Part shown: positions 28,379-39,300 of the stretch, piece by piece | Layout: each line of letters begins with the position of its first letter | Numbering within the stretch: position 1 is the first letter of the stretch | IMG/VR virus record: IMGVR_UViG_3300032087_006189 | Direction: 5' to 3' (one strand) | Source: a virus | Length of the DNA: 64,000 nucleotides | Position numbers and translations under genes: made by a program | Notes under the pieces: generated by a model | Told to the model about the DNA's origin: nothing | Seen by the model: the letters and a program-made list of their open reading frames with translations, nothing else | Database searches by the model: none

Positions 28379-29007
28379 ATCACGCGGAGAGTAAACGAAG
28401 GTGTCTTGGTCACGGGCTCAAAGGTCTTGTACGCCATTGGCGCACGATCTTTGGAGCCTGCCCAACCAGTCACAACAGTAGGATTTCCGCTGCTATCGAG
28501 CGTGCTCCAATCATCTGTCGGCTCACCGTCCGTAAAGAGCCCGGCCTCAGTCAAGATGACATTGGAGCCGATGCTCAACTCAGTCTGTCCGAACTCGCGA
28601 ACAAAGCGAACAGCAGTTCTGGATGAGGTCGAGCTCAGAACAGGGAAGGTAGCGGGCACCTTCAGCGGGGCGAGGAACTCGCCGGGAGCATATGGCAGGC
28701 CATCTACGAGGCTGGTGATGTTTGCAACCTCCGGCTGAGATCCGCCGCCCATGCCAACAAAGGCAATACGGTCATTGCGAAAGGCCCACTCATCGCCCGT
28801 TGCAGAAGCACGGAATGTCTTGAGGGAGATCAACTCGGCAAGATACTCACGGCCAGTCAGGGTCCAGATATTTGAGCCCTCGACATGCTGCCGGAGTCTG
28901 CCGTTCTCGTGCGTCTCGATGTTGACATATCCCTCGATGGCGGGCGCAGACTTGCAGTCTTCTACGACCTTACGGCCGAACCAGGGAATGAGCTTGGCGA
29001 TGTTCAT
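28357..29007 (-). CDS. Baseplate/tail-fibre attachment-type structural protein
   Basis: NIWTLTGREYLA, IAFVGMGGG, LTEAGLF, AYKTFEPVTKT...LRVIWE resemble tail-collar/fibre N-terminal domains. Confidence 0.6.
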   Translation of the reverse strand: MNIAKLIPWFGRKVVEDCKSAPAIEGYVNIETHENGRLRQHVEGSNIWTLTGREYLAELISLKTFRASATGDEWAFRNDRIAFVGMGGGSQPEVANITSLVDGLPYAPGEFLAPLKVPATFPVLSSTSSRTAVRFVREFGQTELSIGSNVILTEAGLFTDGEPTDDWSTLDSSGNPTVVTGWAGSKDRAPMAYKTFEPVTKTPSFTLRVIWEVRFL

Positions 29008-29192
29008 AGCGACAGCCTCCGGCTGATGTCTTCTGCTTCCTCTAAGCTGACGCCGAAGTTCTTCGCAATCAGTTTTGGATCCACAGGTCCGCCGTCAAAG
29101 GATTGTAGCCCACCTCTGCGGTGCTGGCTTTTTTGGCCGCCCTGAATGAGGAGGGTGTCCTGCACTTTGGGCGTATCTTTTTTGGAGATCAT
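29004..29192 (-). CDS. Small hypothetical protein
   Basis: ATGA-coupled on both sides; GAGG RBS. Confidence 0.55.
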   Translation of the reverse strand: MISKKDTPKVQDTLLIQGGQKSQHRRGGLQSFDGGPVDPKLIAKNFGVSLEEAEDISRRLSL

Positions 29193-32100
29193 ACCTCAAC
29201 CTTGCCCTTCGCAGGAGTCTCTCTGCGGAAGATCCTACCAGTAAAGAAGGCGGCGGGAGATACCGATGGATCTTCTGCCAGCTCGAATGTCGAGTTGACT
29301 GCGTCAATCGACAGAATCAAGATCTCCCACAGAGACCCGTCATATTCGAACTCAAAAAAGTCTCCGGGACGTACCCCGATGGTATCTGGGTTCTCCTGAG
29401 TGGTCGTTACGGTAGTTCCGCTGATGTAGAAGTCAGCATCCCTTGTGAAAGTCCCTCCGGTAAGTGTCTCAGCAGAGGGGAACGAGGACTCGATCGTCAC
29501 ATCGGCCCCGGAGACCCCAGAGATGATGTAGACGCCGTGTGAGAGGGACGTAGTCTCGGAGTCGGTGGCCGGATCTACGCTCTTACCGTCTACGGGGTTC
29601 GGGTACCCATCGCTATCAGGATCGGTCCATGTAGGATCGAGCACGAGCAAGTCTCCAACAGCGGCACTGGAGGCGCTGGAGAGGGTGGCCGTGTTCCCGC
29701 TCACGAAGACACTTCCACTTGCGTCTACAGCTGTGAGCGGGACATAAATATCCAGCTCCACAGTGTCGTAGCCCATCAGCCTCTCGAGGCGGGTGTCGGA
29801 GTCTTCCTCCGAGTCCTCGAAGACGAGCTTATGGATCTCGATATTTTCGATCGGATTTGGGCCAGGTATTGCGCGGTCAATGTAGACCTTATCCCCAACA
29901 ACGCCGACAATCTCATAGACATCATTGTTGTCTGTATCGTAGAGCCGATCGTCTCGCTCAATATCGTAGAGCAGGGCATCTGTAAGGGTCACGAACGATT
30001 CGCCGACAACGCTGCTTGCGGCGCTCGTTAGAATCGGGTTGTCGGCAAGTGCCCATCTCTCGATGCGGTAGGTGCCTGTGTCTGTGCTGGGCAGGGCCGT
30101 AGCAAGGGTCAGCTTGGTCTCTTGGTCTTCGAACAGCTCTGGCAGTCCAGTTCCCGCCCCACTTGCTGTGTCGTAGACTCCTACATCTTCGATTAGGTAC
30201 ACACCCTTGTTGGTGCCGCTGGTCACAATCAAGCGATCACCTGCAGCGGCCCCATCTGACTTAAACGAAGCCGCGGTATCTACGAGCACTACGCGTGAGT
30301 ACGTCACGGCCTCTACTGAGGTGAAGTCTTCAACGGCTGTTGATGTGCCGGAGCAAATGACCGGGCCGTCGTCCCGGAAGATTTGGAACTTGACGTCCGT
30401 GTCTGCCACGATTGAGCCAATCGGCATGGCCCTTGGTGTCTCCCCCGAAACCTGCACCACAGTCAGTTGAGTAGCAGAGTCGACCGAGCTCACTTCAAAC
30501 ACACTGCGGTTGTACCCTGTGAGTACAAACAGCTTGTCTCCTTCCTTGATGAGATCTTTGCCCAAGACCTCTACTTCGTCCGGGAACTTCTCGTTGATGC
30601 GCGGCAGCGTCGTCAATGTGCCCGTGAAGCCGCCTCTGGCCGATGTGACAACACCGGAACCAGCGGTCATCACGAGATCGTCCCCCTGAAAGAGGGTGCG
30701 CGTGGACCGGCTTCCGAAGTCTGCGCGGCGCAGTACCATGCCGCTGCCGTTGTAGTCGTCGAAAGCTGCGGTCGCTTCACGGCTAAACGCAGGGTCGTCC
30801 TTGAAGTACATGTCCATTTCAAGGTCGAAATCGACCTCTACCTGCACGGTATCGAGCAGTGATAGGACAGCGACAATGCTGGGCTTGGTGTAAATCGGTC
30901 GGATTTTTGAAAGAAAATCCGCCGCAAGCGGGATGTCACGAGAGTCTACTGCCCGGACATCAATCTCGGCTTGCCAGGTGTGGTACTTCTGAAGCTCGGT
31001 CGCACCCGGTACATCGGAGTACTCCCTCCACCAGTTTGGTCGAACCAAGCGATCCGTGATGATGACGGAGTTGGTCAGCGGAGTAAAGGGAGGGAGGAAG
31101 TCTCCTTCTGCAAAGGTAGACCCGGTCAGCGGGTTCGTGCCGAGGCCCTTGAACTTACTGAGGCTGTAGAGGTCTGAGCGCCGGTATCTGTAGACATTTA
31201 GAAGACCTGTACCCGTACCTTCGTTGTCCAGCTCCTCGACGATCACTCGCCCATAGGTCGCGCTAAACTCGGGTTCAATCGTGACAATCTCGCTGGGCTT
31301 TTCAGTGACTGGAAGATCCAGAACGATGTGCGATCCGATCTCTGAGCTACGAAGCGTAGGCCCCGATGCCCACGAGTACATCAGTCCGGCGATCGCGGAG
31401 CGGTAAGTGAGCTGGGTGGTGCCGAACTCGTCCAGCCGGGCCTTCGTCATCCCTACCAGTACACCAAAGTTGTCCTCAATGTACTTCGAGTTGTCCAGCA
31501 GCACCATTGGTGCCCACAGAGACGCAGGAGCAGGATCTGCCGCGGTAAACGAACGGTTCAGCTCGATGAACTGGCCTTGCCCGCGCCTGCGAATGACATA
31601 CTCGAGAGAGGTCTGGGATGCGACAGGGAGCTTTCCGTCTGCGACTCGACCGCTGATTCTCATCTCTGTTTCGGAGATCACAGCGGTAATCGCGAACTTG
31701 CCCTGGCTGAGACCCGTTGTGATCTCAAGCTCATCCCCTGGACGAACACCCCGAAAAATGAGAGAGGTGTCGTCTACCAGAACCCGCGAAGACCCGGATG
31801 TCGTAGAGAGGGCCGCTCCCGTCAACTCCGTCTGAGTCAGCGCGTAGTCGTTATTCTCCGACATCTGTACTGGAGCTCGGGAAATGGAGCGGGTTGTGGA
31901 GTCTGTGAAAGACTGCACATACCCCTCATCTGCTTCACTCACCTGCTCGGGCTTGATGTACTCGAAGAGCGCGGGGATCGAGAAAACCTCGTGTTCCATC
32001 TCCCCTTCGGGATCAATCGCGACTCTCGAGTTGCGAATAATTCGCGTAGGGCGGACCAAGATGTTGAAGTACTCGGGAACTCGGATCGATGTGGTGGGAT

Positions 32101-34048
32101 CGAGGGGGAGGTTCCGGTGATCGTTCTTGAACTCGGAGCTGTGAAGGAGAGAGTAGATATCCAGTGCGTGCGAGGAAAGAGTGGCCTCTCCAGACTCGGA
32201 CAAAGTGACTGTCGGGATCGCCAAACGGGATGAGATCTCAAGCAGGTCTTCGTCATCGATAGTACCGGTATGGAATCCGGTGTCTGTCCTTCCAAGCGGA
32301 ATCTCTTCGGTCCCAAAGTCGAAGGCAATCTCGTTTCTTTGCGCCCCAAGCACCTGTGCGGAGAACTTCGCTGCGATCTCCAGGTCTGTCCGCATCACCT
32401 CAAACTCGAGCAGGTCTCCGGCAGAGACCCCGTATGCCTCGAAGTCTTCGATCTCGTGACTCCGGAGAGTAGGGCAAACCCTCCACTTGATGCCCTCTCT
32501 CCCAGAAGGAGCGGTCTTTCCCTGTAGGGTAACGGCCCACAGGTCTCCTCGACCGCCCTCGTCCTCTGGGGAGAGCCCAGTCAGCTCCTCAACTGCCGCA
32601 ATCTTGTGCCCGACTCCGTCAAGCACCATCATTCGGTCGCGAATGCCGAGATGGAGATTGATAGAGTATGAAATTTCCTCTGGATAGACTGTGCCCTCAA
32701 TGGCGTTCGCGACTACAACCCCAGTGAACGAGTCATTGATAGAGGCGATCTCGTACGATCTGTCTGTGCGCTCTCCGCTGGTGATACGAATTCTCGCGCC
32801 CTCTACTGAATCTACGACATGCCGAGATTCCAGCAAGACTTCAAAATTGCTGGTGACTGTCCCTGTGCCGACAAGCGCGCCGGTATTGAACTCACTGAAG
32901 TCAGCATCTGCTTTTGGAATGTAGACAGTATCGGTAAACGCAGTCTGCGGAACCTGAAAACTTGCGCGCACTCCCTTGAGCACCTCATACACCATATTTG
33001 AACCTGCAATGGTGACAGAAGATTCAAGCTCAATTCGCGTCGAAGACAGCACCTGCTTCACTACATGAAGTCCAGAGTTTCTTCCGCGGAGAATACGAAC
33101 CCTGTCTCCGGGCTCTACTCCCAAAGCTACGAAATCCTTAGAAAGGTCGTAGACTTCATCCAGCGCGGATGCCGAGGCAACAAGGTTTGTGCCAGAAGTC
33201 TTCAGCTCTGGTCCAATCAGAGGCTTCCCTTCTGACAGGATGTAGCCTGTGCGCGCCGCATTGAGTCGGTTGATCAGGTACGACCCGGCGCTGGTGCCGC
33301 TGTACAGGGTCATCGTAGAACCAATAGCGCGGATAGTAGTGGGACCAGAGATGATTACTTCTCTCTTGGAAATCACTACGGCCGATCCGACGAACGACAC
33401 CGATCCCGTAAATCCGGAATCCCCACTCTGCATCCCGCCGTAGATCACATCAACCGTGCTGGGGTCGAGTGTCATTTCCGGGCTGTACTTCATCCACCGA
33501 GTCTGGAAAAGCGGCTGCACAGAAGAGATGGACTTGGCTCTATCCACCTGAAATGCGCGCAAAAAGTCTGAGGCAACAGACTGGCTGATCCCCGACCACA
33601 CAATCGGAAAGACCTCTCGATCGTTGACCAGGGACCAGAAGTCGGACAGCACATTGAACATGAAAGTGCCGTCGACATGATTTCTGCGAACCGCAGGAAC
33701 TACCGCAGGAGAGAAAAAGGCGGCGCACTCCACAGTATCGCTACGAACGCCGTCTGCTACAACATACAGGGCAACCACATAGGTCCCCGTGACATCCCCC
33801 TCAAGCTCGACCGCCTTGTCTGAGGTCTCTGATACAACCAGCGCCGCAGTGCTTCCATCTGGCTTTACTGTCAGCTCCCAGTAGAGAGTCAGTCCCTCAT
33901 AAGAGCCATCCACTGTAGATCCCGCGCCGCTAAACAGGATGCGGGTACCGATGACGCCAGTGGACTCTTCTGGCGTGACTCGAGCAACCGGCTTTGCCCT
34001 GAATGCTTCGACTTCAAAGCGAGTAGTCTCGGTTGCGCTACTGCTCAT
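29189..34048 (-). CDS. Giant baseplate wedge-associated protein, 1619 aa
   Basis: N-terminal PKD/Ig-like segment; YSWASGPT...LDLP and FLSKIRPIYT segments; many repeated beta modules. Confidence 0.65.
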   Translation of the reverse strand: MSSSATETTRFEVEAFRAKPVARVTPEESTGVIGTRILFSGAGSTVDGSYEGLTLYWELTVKPDGSTAALVVSETSDKAVELEGDVTGTYVVALYVVADGVRSDTVECAAFFSPAVVPAVRRNHVDGTFMFNVLSDFWSLVNDREVFPIVWSGISQSVASDFLRAFQVDRAKSISSVQPLFQTRWMKYSPEMTLDPSTVDVIYGGMQSGDSGFTGSVSFVGSAVVISKREVIISGPTTIRAIGSTMTLYSGTSAGSYLINRLNAARTGYILSEGKPLIGPELKTSGTNLVASASALDEVYDLSKDFVALGVEPGDRVRILRGRNSGLHVVKQVLSSTRIELESSVTIAGSNMVYEVLKGVRASFQVPQTAFTDTVYIPKADADFSEFNTGALVGTGTVTSNFEVLLESRHVVDSVEGARIRITSGERTDRSYEIASINDSFTGVVVANAIEGTVYPEEISYSINLHLGIRDRMMVLDGVGHKIAAVEELTGLSPEDEGGRGDLWAVTLQGKTAPSGREGIKWRVCPTLRSHEIEDFEAYGVSAGDLLEFEVMRTDLEIAAKFSAQVLGAQRNEIAFDFGTEEIPLGRTDTGFHTGTIDDEDLLEISSRLAIPTVTLSESGEATLSSHALDIYSLLHSSEFKNDHRNLPLDPTTSIRVPEYFNILVRPTRIIRNSRVAIDPEGEMEHEVFSIPALFEYIKPEQVSEADEGYVQSFTDSTTRSISRAPVQMSENNDYALTQTELTGAALSTTSGSSRVLVDDTSLIFRGVRPGDELEITTGLSQGKFAITAVISETEMRISGRVADGKLPVASQTSLEYVIRRRGQGQFIELNRSFTAADPAPASLWAPMVLLDNSKYIEDNFGVLVGMTKARLDEFGTTQLTYRSAIAGLMYSWASGPTLRSSEIGSHIVLDLPVTEKPSEIVTIEPEFSATYGRVIVEELDNEGTGTGLLNVYRYRRSDLYSLSKFKGLGTNPLTGSTFAEGDFLPPFTPLTNSVIITDRLVRPNWWREYSDVPGATELQKYHTWQAEIDVRAVDSRDIPLAADFLSKIRPIYTKPSIVAVLSLLDTVQVEVDFDLEMDMYFKDDPAFSREATAAFDDYNGSGMVLRRADFGSRSTRTLFQGDDLVMTAGSGVVTSARGGFTGTLTTLPRINEKFPDEVEVLGKDLIKEGDKLFVLTGYNRSVFEVSSVDSATQLTVVQVSGETPRAMPIGSIVADTDVKFQIFRDDGPVICSGTSTAVEDFTSVEAVTYSRVVLVDTAASFKSDGAAAGDRLIVTSGTNKGVYLIEDVGVYDTASGAGTGLPELFEDQETKLTLATALPSTDTGTYRIERWALADNPILTSAASSVVGESFVTLTDALLYDIERDDRLYDTDNNDVYEIVGVVGDKVYIDRAIPGPNPIENIEIHKLVFEDSEEDSDTRLERLMGYDTVELDIYVPLTAVDASGSVFVSGNTATLSSASSAAVGDLLVLDPTWTDPDSDGYPNPVDGKSVDPATDSETTSLSHGVYIISGVSGADVTIESSFPSAETLTGGTFTRDADFYISGTTVTTTQENPDTIGVRPGDFFEFEYDGSLWEILILSIDAVNSTFELAEDPSVSPAAFFTGRIFRRETPAKGKVEV

Positions 34049-36327
34049 GGGTCTGTGTCCACAAAGTCGATGAAGGTATTGGCCTTAGTGCCGTAGATCT
34101 TCGACTCAAGTGTCTCACGGCTGGCCCCGAGGGTCACAGCGTAGTCATAGCCGGAACCCAGACAGACCGCCGCCATGCGGAGATCGACATCCATTCTATT
34201 GTACTTCGTCCCGAAAGACAGCGTAGGAATGGAGCCGATGGCTACTGTCAGTCCAGACAGGAGGTCGTCTACGTCCGCCTTTGAGGCGACGCTGACATCT
34301 TCCCAGGGGATGTCGATGCTGGGCTCAGACTCAAAATCGATGAAGAGGCGAAGTCCTTTGCCGGGCTGGTACGAGAGCAGGTAGTAGTGCTCGGTGGTTG
34401 GATCGATTGAAGTAGAGATCAACTGACCAGTTTCGGATGTGGGATTCAGGACCTCTTTGTAGTCCTGCGCGTCTTGACTGACGAAGGCGAAGGTCTCTGA
34501 ACCGTCTTCACTTGTTACGAACTGAAGCTGAATGTATCCAGTTGCAGTCGAACTGATTCCCAGCAGTGCCGGTGACGGAATGCGGACTGCGTTTACCTGA
34601 TCAAACTGGTCTGTGATGTCTCCAATCTTTGCGCGGAAAAGAACTGAGATCCCGCTGATGCCCTCAGAGTACTTTTGGGAGGCATAGGACAGGGAGTAAA
34701 ACCCGTACTGGTCTGTGCCTGTTGGGCGCAGCTGCAAGACTTTGGAAACCACTGTGGCCGGCGCAGTACCGTTGTACACCCACGAGCTAAAGTCTCCTTC
34801 ATGCGCAATCGCTGCTTCGGGCATAAAGAAGAAGTTTTCTACGGTAAAGTACCCCTCATAGGAGTAGGTAGACCCGTCTTGGTCCAAGAAACCAAGATCG
34901 AGCCGAGGAGACCCCGTATCCGTCAGCGCAGTCAGGGCAGTAGACCGAAATGAGAAGTCTGTCTCCGCAAGCAAAGACTCTGCGGCCGTGCAGAACAGCT
35001 CCGATGACTTGAGATAGGTCAAGATTTTTGGAGCCGTAGCACCCCAATCAAACTCCACGGTCTCATAGTTGCTTGGGAGCTCCAGATTTCCAGTTCCAGT
35101 TCCCCCTGCATCATCGTAAAAGCCGAACTGCTTTGTTCCGTCGTCAAGAAATCTAAGCCGGTACTGGTGGCTGCCATTTCCGACACTAAATCCGACTCCT
35201 GTATTCCAGGAGGCCGCATGGACAGATTGCTGTGGTCGGCCCCATAGAAACATCAACCAAGAGTCATTGGCACAGCGAGGCTCCTCTGAGCGCACCACGG
35301 AGTTCTGGCTGCCAGCACTCTGAAAGATCAAAGACTCAGAGGTATCCAAGTAGGTAAATAAGTTTCTGCGCATCCGGCTTACATCTGCGCGCGTAGCTGC
35401 GTGGAGTAGCCCAGTTGCCTCCGCAGTCCCCGCTTGTCCGAAGACAACTCCGCCTCCGGAAACGAGAGCTTCGCCATGGCCCTCGAGGATCATTTTGTAG
35501 ATCTCAAGCTCGCCCGCACGATTTTGGTCAATGCCAATGAATGCCGAGACCACGTCTCCGGCTCCAGGCTCAATGAATCCGAGCCGCGTAGATGCAAGGA
35601 ACTTGCTCAAAGACGAGATGTTGACTTCGTAGGCTCTTTCTTCGTCACCGGTAGACTCGTCAGTCAGCAGAACATACGCCTTGCCTGTGTGTCCTGACGC
35701 GTCGAATACGATTCGGATGGAGTGCGTAGGCTGGTCCCAGTCGTGGTCAAATCTGACTGTTGTGCGGGTGCCAGAGGAGTCCTCTGCTGGGCCCCCAATC
35801 TCCAGGTACTTGTTGGCACCGTCATCGCAGCAAAAGATGAAGATGCCAGTATTGCTGGCCCAATGCGCCATTCCCAGCATTACACCGTTGTACTCGCTGT
35901 TGGTCTGGTACTCGGTCGCGGGCCCTGTGCCTGGAAGTACAGGGACAGAGAATCGGAACTCTGCCCCACAAGTGCGGGATGGGGTAGATGCCGCCCTACA
36001 AAACATCGTATTTGAGGACTTGGTTCCTGGAGCGGTCAGGACCAGAACATCATCCCCTACAGTCATAGAGGACGTGTCCAGAACCAGAGTAGCCCGGTCG
36101 GCTGTGGCTGTATCAGGAACCCCATCTCGAAAGATGTCGAACAGAAACGGAGCTTGTAGGGGGAGCTCTTGCGCTTCGTAGACGACACTCGAAAATGTAG
36201 CCAGAGCAACTACCGAGCTTCGATCCACTCGATTGTCTGAGTCCCTGACTCCGAAGTAAATCGGCTGAGTCGGGGAAAACTCCTCACCCTCCGAAGGAGT
36301 GAGGTTGACCTCGACGGGATCAGCCAT
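34045..36327 (-). CDS. Virion structural protein, beta-rich, 760 aa
   Basis: Coupled within the baseplate module; aromatic/beta composition. Confidence 0.6.
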   Translation of the reverse strand: MADPVEVNLTPSEGEEFSPTQPIYFGVRDSDNRVDRSSVVALATFSSVVYEAQELPLQAPFLFDIFRDGVPDTATADRATLVLDTSSMTVGDDVLVLTAPGTKSSNTMFCRAASTPSRTCGAEFRFSVPVLPGTGPATEYQTNSEYNGVMLGMAHWASNTGIFIFCCDDGANKYLEIGGPAEDSSGTRTTVRFDHDWDQPTHSIRIVFDASGHTGKAYVLLTDESTGDEERAYEVNISSLSKFLASTRLGFIEPGAGDVVSAFIGIDQNRAGELEIYKMILEGHGEALVSGGGVVFGQAGTAEATGLLHAATRADVSRMRRNLFTYLDTSESLIFQSAGSQNSVVRSEEPRCANDSWLMFLWGRPQQSVHAASWNTGVGFSVGNGSHQYRLRFLDDGTKQFGFYDDAGGTGTGNLELPSNYETVEFDWGATAPKILTYLKSSELFCTAAESLLAETDFSFRSTALTALTDTGSPRLDLGFLDQDGSTYSYEGYFTVENFFFMPEAAIAHEGDFSSWVYNGTAPATVVSKVLQLRPTGTDQYGFYSLSYASQKYSEGISGISVLFRAKIGDITDQFDQVNAVRIPSPALLGISSTATGYIQLQFVTSEDGSETFAFVSQDAQDYKEVLNPTSETGQLISTSIDPTTEHYYLLSYQPGKGLRLFIDFESEPSIDIPWEDVSVASKADVDDLLSGLTVAIGSIPTLSFGTKYNRMDVDLRMAAVCLGSGYDYAVTLGASRETLESKIYGTKANTFIDFVDTDP

Positions 36328-39300
36328 TGTTCACTTCCGAGGAAACAAGGATTCTCTCTTGCCCGATTCCTGCGGTGTCCGTTGTGACCGGAGTACCGGG
36401 GATGTAGAAGGTCGTACGGTGACTGCCGTTGAAGTCGTTCTCTACATTCCCGATTCTATCAGTAGAACGAGTCAGTACGCGCCTACGATCGAGGTCATGG
36501 GTCACGATCTGCAGGATGATCGGATGCCGGTAAGAGCCGACGTTGTTGGAGTGCAGGAACTTCTCCAGCTCAGACACATCCAGCACATCTTCAGGCTCCA
36601 GCCCATTGATGTAGTTCGCAATCTCCAGCGCCATCTTCGCCCTGTTGCCCCCTGTTGCGGAGATGTCCAGGTACACGAAGGAGGGCAGGAAGTGACGAGC
36701 CAGGGGATCGGCACACAGGATTCTATTGAGGTTCGAGCTCAGTAGTGCCTGTACCCGTCCCACATCCGACGAGAACTCGTGAGTGACCAAGAATCCAGCA
36801 CCATTGAGCGGGATCCGGTTTTCGAGGGTGTCGTCGAGGTCATCCGGCAGGAAAGACGGAGAGAAGTAGATCTTGCACTGCTCAGCCGCACTGTAGGAAT
36901 AGAGCGGGTCTACGACCTGCATGCGGTAGCCATCCGACTCGTATGTCCCGAATACGGGAGTCAGGATGGTGTCCTTTGGCAGGTTGTAAACCGGTCGGCC
37001 TCCGAGAGACTGGGCCCGCAGGTCCATGTAGTACAGACCGTTCTCGGTTCCCTGCGCTTTCATCTCGGTAGAGGACATGTGGACCACATGGGGACGCACC
37101 ACCTCGTAGGGCTGCTTGTACCCGCGAATCGGCCCATAGGTCTCAAGGTTGCGCTGCTGCTCATAAGGAGTCTTGAGCATCCCGCCGTCGTATGCGCAGA
37201 GCAAGTATGAAGAGGACCGCTCAGTTGAGGCATGGACATAGACCACTCTCCACTGAGACGGAACACCGCTGTAAATGCGGATTGGCCGCACTCCAACCAG
37301 CTCCGATCCTCCGTCGATTGAGGACTCCTCAACCTCGTCGATAGGGGCCTTGACCACACTCCAGTGGATGCCCGTCTCTGTGACCGGGAACGCATCTCGA
37401 TCAAGGGTAACGGTGGCGCCATCCGAGCTGACAGAGAGGATCTGGTAGCTGCCATCTACACCCGGATAGTCGGACAGGTACATGGTGAGATACCGGCCAA
37501 CATCGTCCTGAATGAAAGGAGCGTTCAGGTCCGTAAAGGTATCCGTTTCCTCGATCGATCCTTCATTCCCCGAGCGGTAGATGTGCCGCGTGGTGATCGG
37601 CATCGGAGAGTCAATCGAGATGTAGGTGTCTCCTACTTCGGTGATTCTGTATCCAGAAGCCCCGTCTCCTTCTTCGATGAATACATAGTCACCCGGACGA
37701 ACGGTGTCGGTGTCCAAATCCGAAGAAGGAGACAGGAACGAGAACTCGGATGACCCGTAGTTAAGCGAAGGGATACGAAGGACGGACGACCCCACCTGCA
37801 TGGTGACGGCAACCACTCGATCCTGCTTTGCTGGAACAGACTCAGAGCCCGTGGTCGCGGTCTCAAGCAATCTCCGCTGCTCGTACACATGAAGGAAGTC
37901 CGATCCCGCGCGCACTCCTCCTGTCAAGAACGAGGGGAGCAGTGGGTCAGAGGGCAGTACCTTGAATGCGGTAGCCTCCGCGTAGTGTGCCCCCAAAGCA
38001 GAATCTCTTGGAAGCTCATTGGGAAGGGTGCGACCCTCTCTCGTTGCCCCCGGAAACACCTGTTGCGGAAGCTCTGTGGCAGTTGCCGTAAACAGCAGCT
38101 CCTCTGCCCCGGAGGGAACAGACAGCAAGGTCGGAGCGTGCGGATGGTGCATCCGCTCCTGCAGCTCCCCAGGAGACGAAGTTCCGTAATCTACCGATTC
38201 GATTTCAAAAAATCTCTGCAAAGTCGGGGCAACCGCCGAAAGGGATGCCACGCCAACTAGGGGAGCAGCCAAAGTAGCTGAGTCAAGAGGGGACAGATAT
38301 CTGACAGCTACGGTTGCGCTTCCTCCAACCGTGATTGCAGTTCCCGGAGGAATAGTCTCTGGTACGAAGAACTGGACGACATCGTTCCCGCCAGATCCCA
38401 CACGAACAAACTCAAGCGCGTTGAGTTCGCGGCAAATGACGTGGTGGTCGAGGATTCCGTGTGATGGCGTGACATACGATGCTGCGGAATAGAGGCTAGT
38501 AGCCTCTTCCTTGGTGCCGGGAACCCCTCCCCAAGAGATTGTTGTAGTCCCCGATGTAGACGATCCGGACAGTTCCAAGTCTGCGTAGTTTACGCTGTCA
38601 AAAGTAGCGGCAGTACTCGAAGCGTTGAGGGTCGCGGTGCTTCCCGTAGTCACCCAGTTTCCGTTTGAGCTTCCAGTGCTCCTAGCAAACTCAATACTCT
38701 GCAGGAAGCCGCTATCGCCTGGAGTAAGCGTCATTGACAGATCAATGCCTGTTGCGGAGTCTACTGCCTCAAAGCTCAAGCTGAAGTCGAATGTACCAAA
38801 AACAGTAGATCCGATTTCCGAAAACTCAAAACTTGGGTAGCTCGTAAGCCCTCCGACAAAACGGTCGATCACACACTTTTTGATGAATTCAGTGATCTCT
38901 GTGCCGCTTAGGCCTCCCAGTCCAGCGTAGATGGAGGTCGGAGTTGCCTCGCTCAGATCTGCCAGCAGAAGTGCTGGGGAAGACGCCCATTGAGTGGGAT
39001 CGTCGATCTGTGGATCCACATGAGTAGTCCCTGTTGGAGGAGCGCCTCCCTCTGCCGTAGCCCCCGCTATATCGATTTCCGTAAAGGTGGATGCGGCACT
39101 TACTGAAGATGGGGCCGATACCGCAGTTCCATTAATCGTCACGGCATCCGCAGTATTAAGCGTAGCATCCACGAGAAGAGTGACCACGCCGTCTGCCGTA
39201 GAATAAATGACGCCGCGAATTGTCGCGTTTGTGGACCCTTGGGTAACGGTATCCCCGATTGAGGGATTGCCGATGGTTCCGACACTTCCCGCAAATGTGG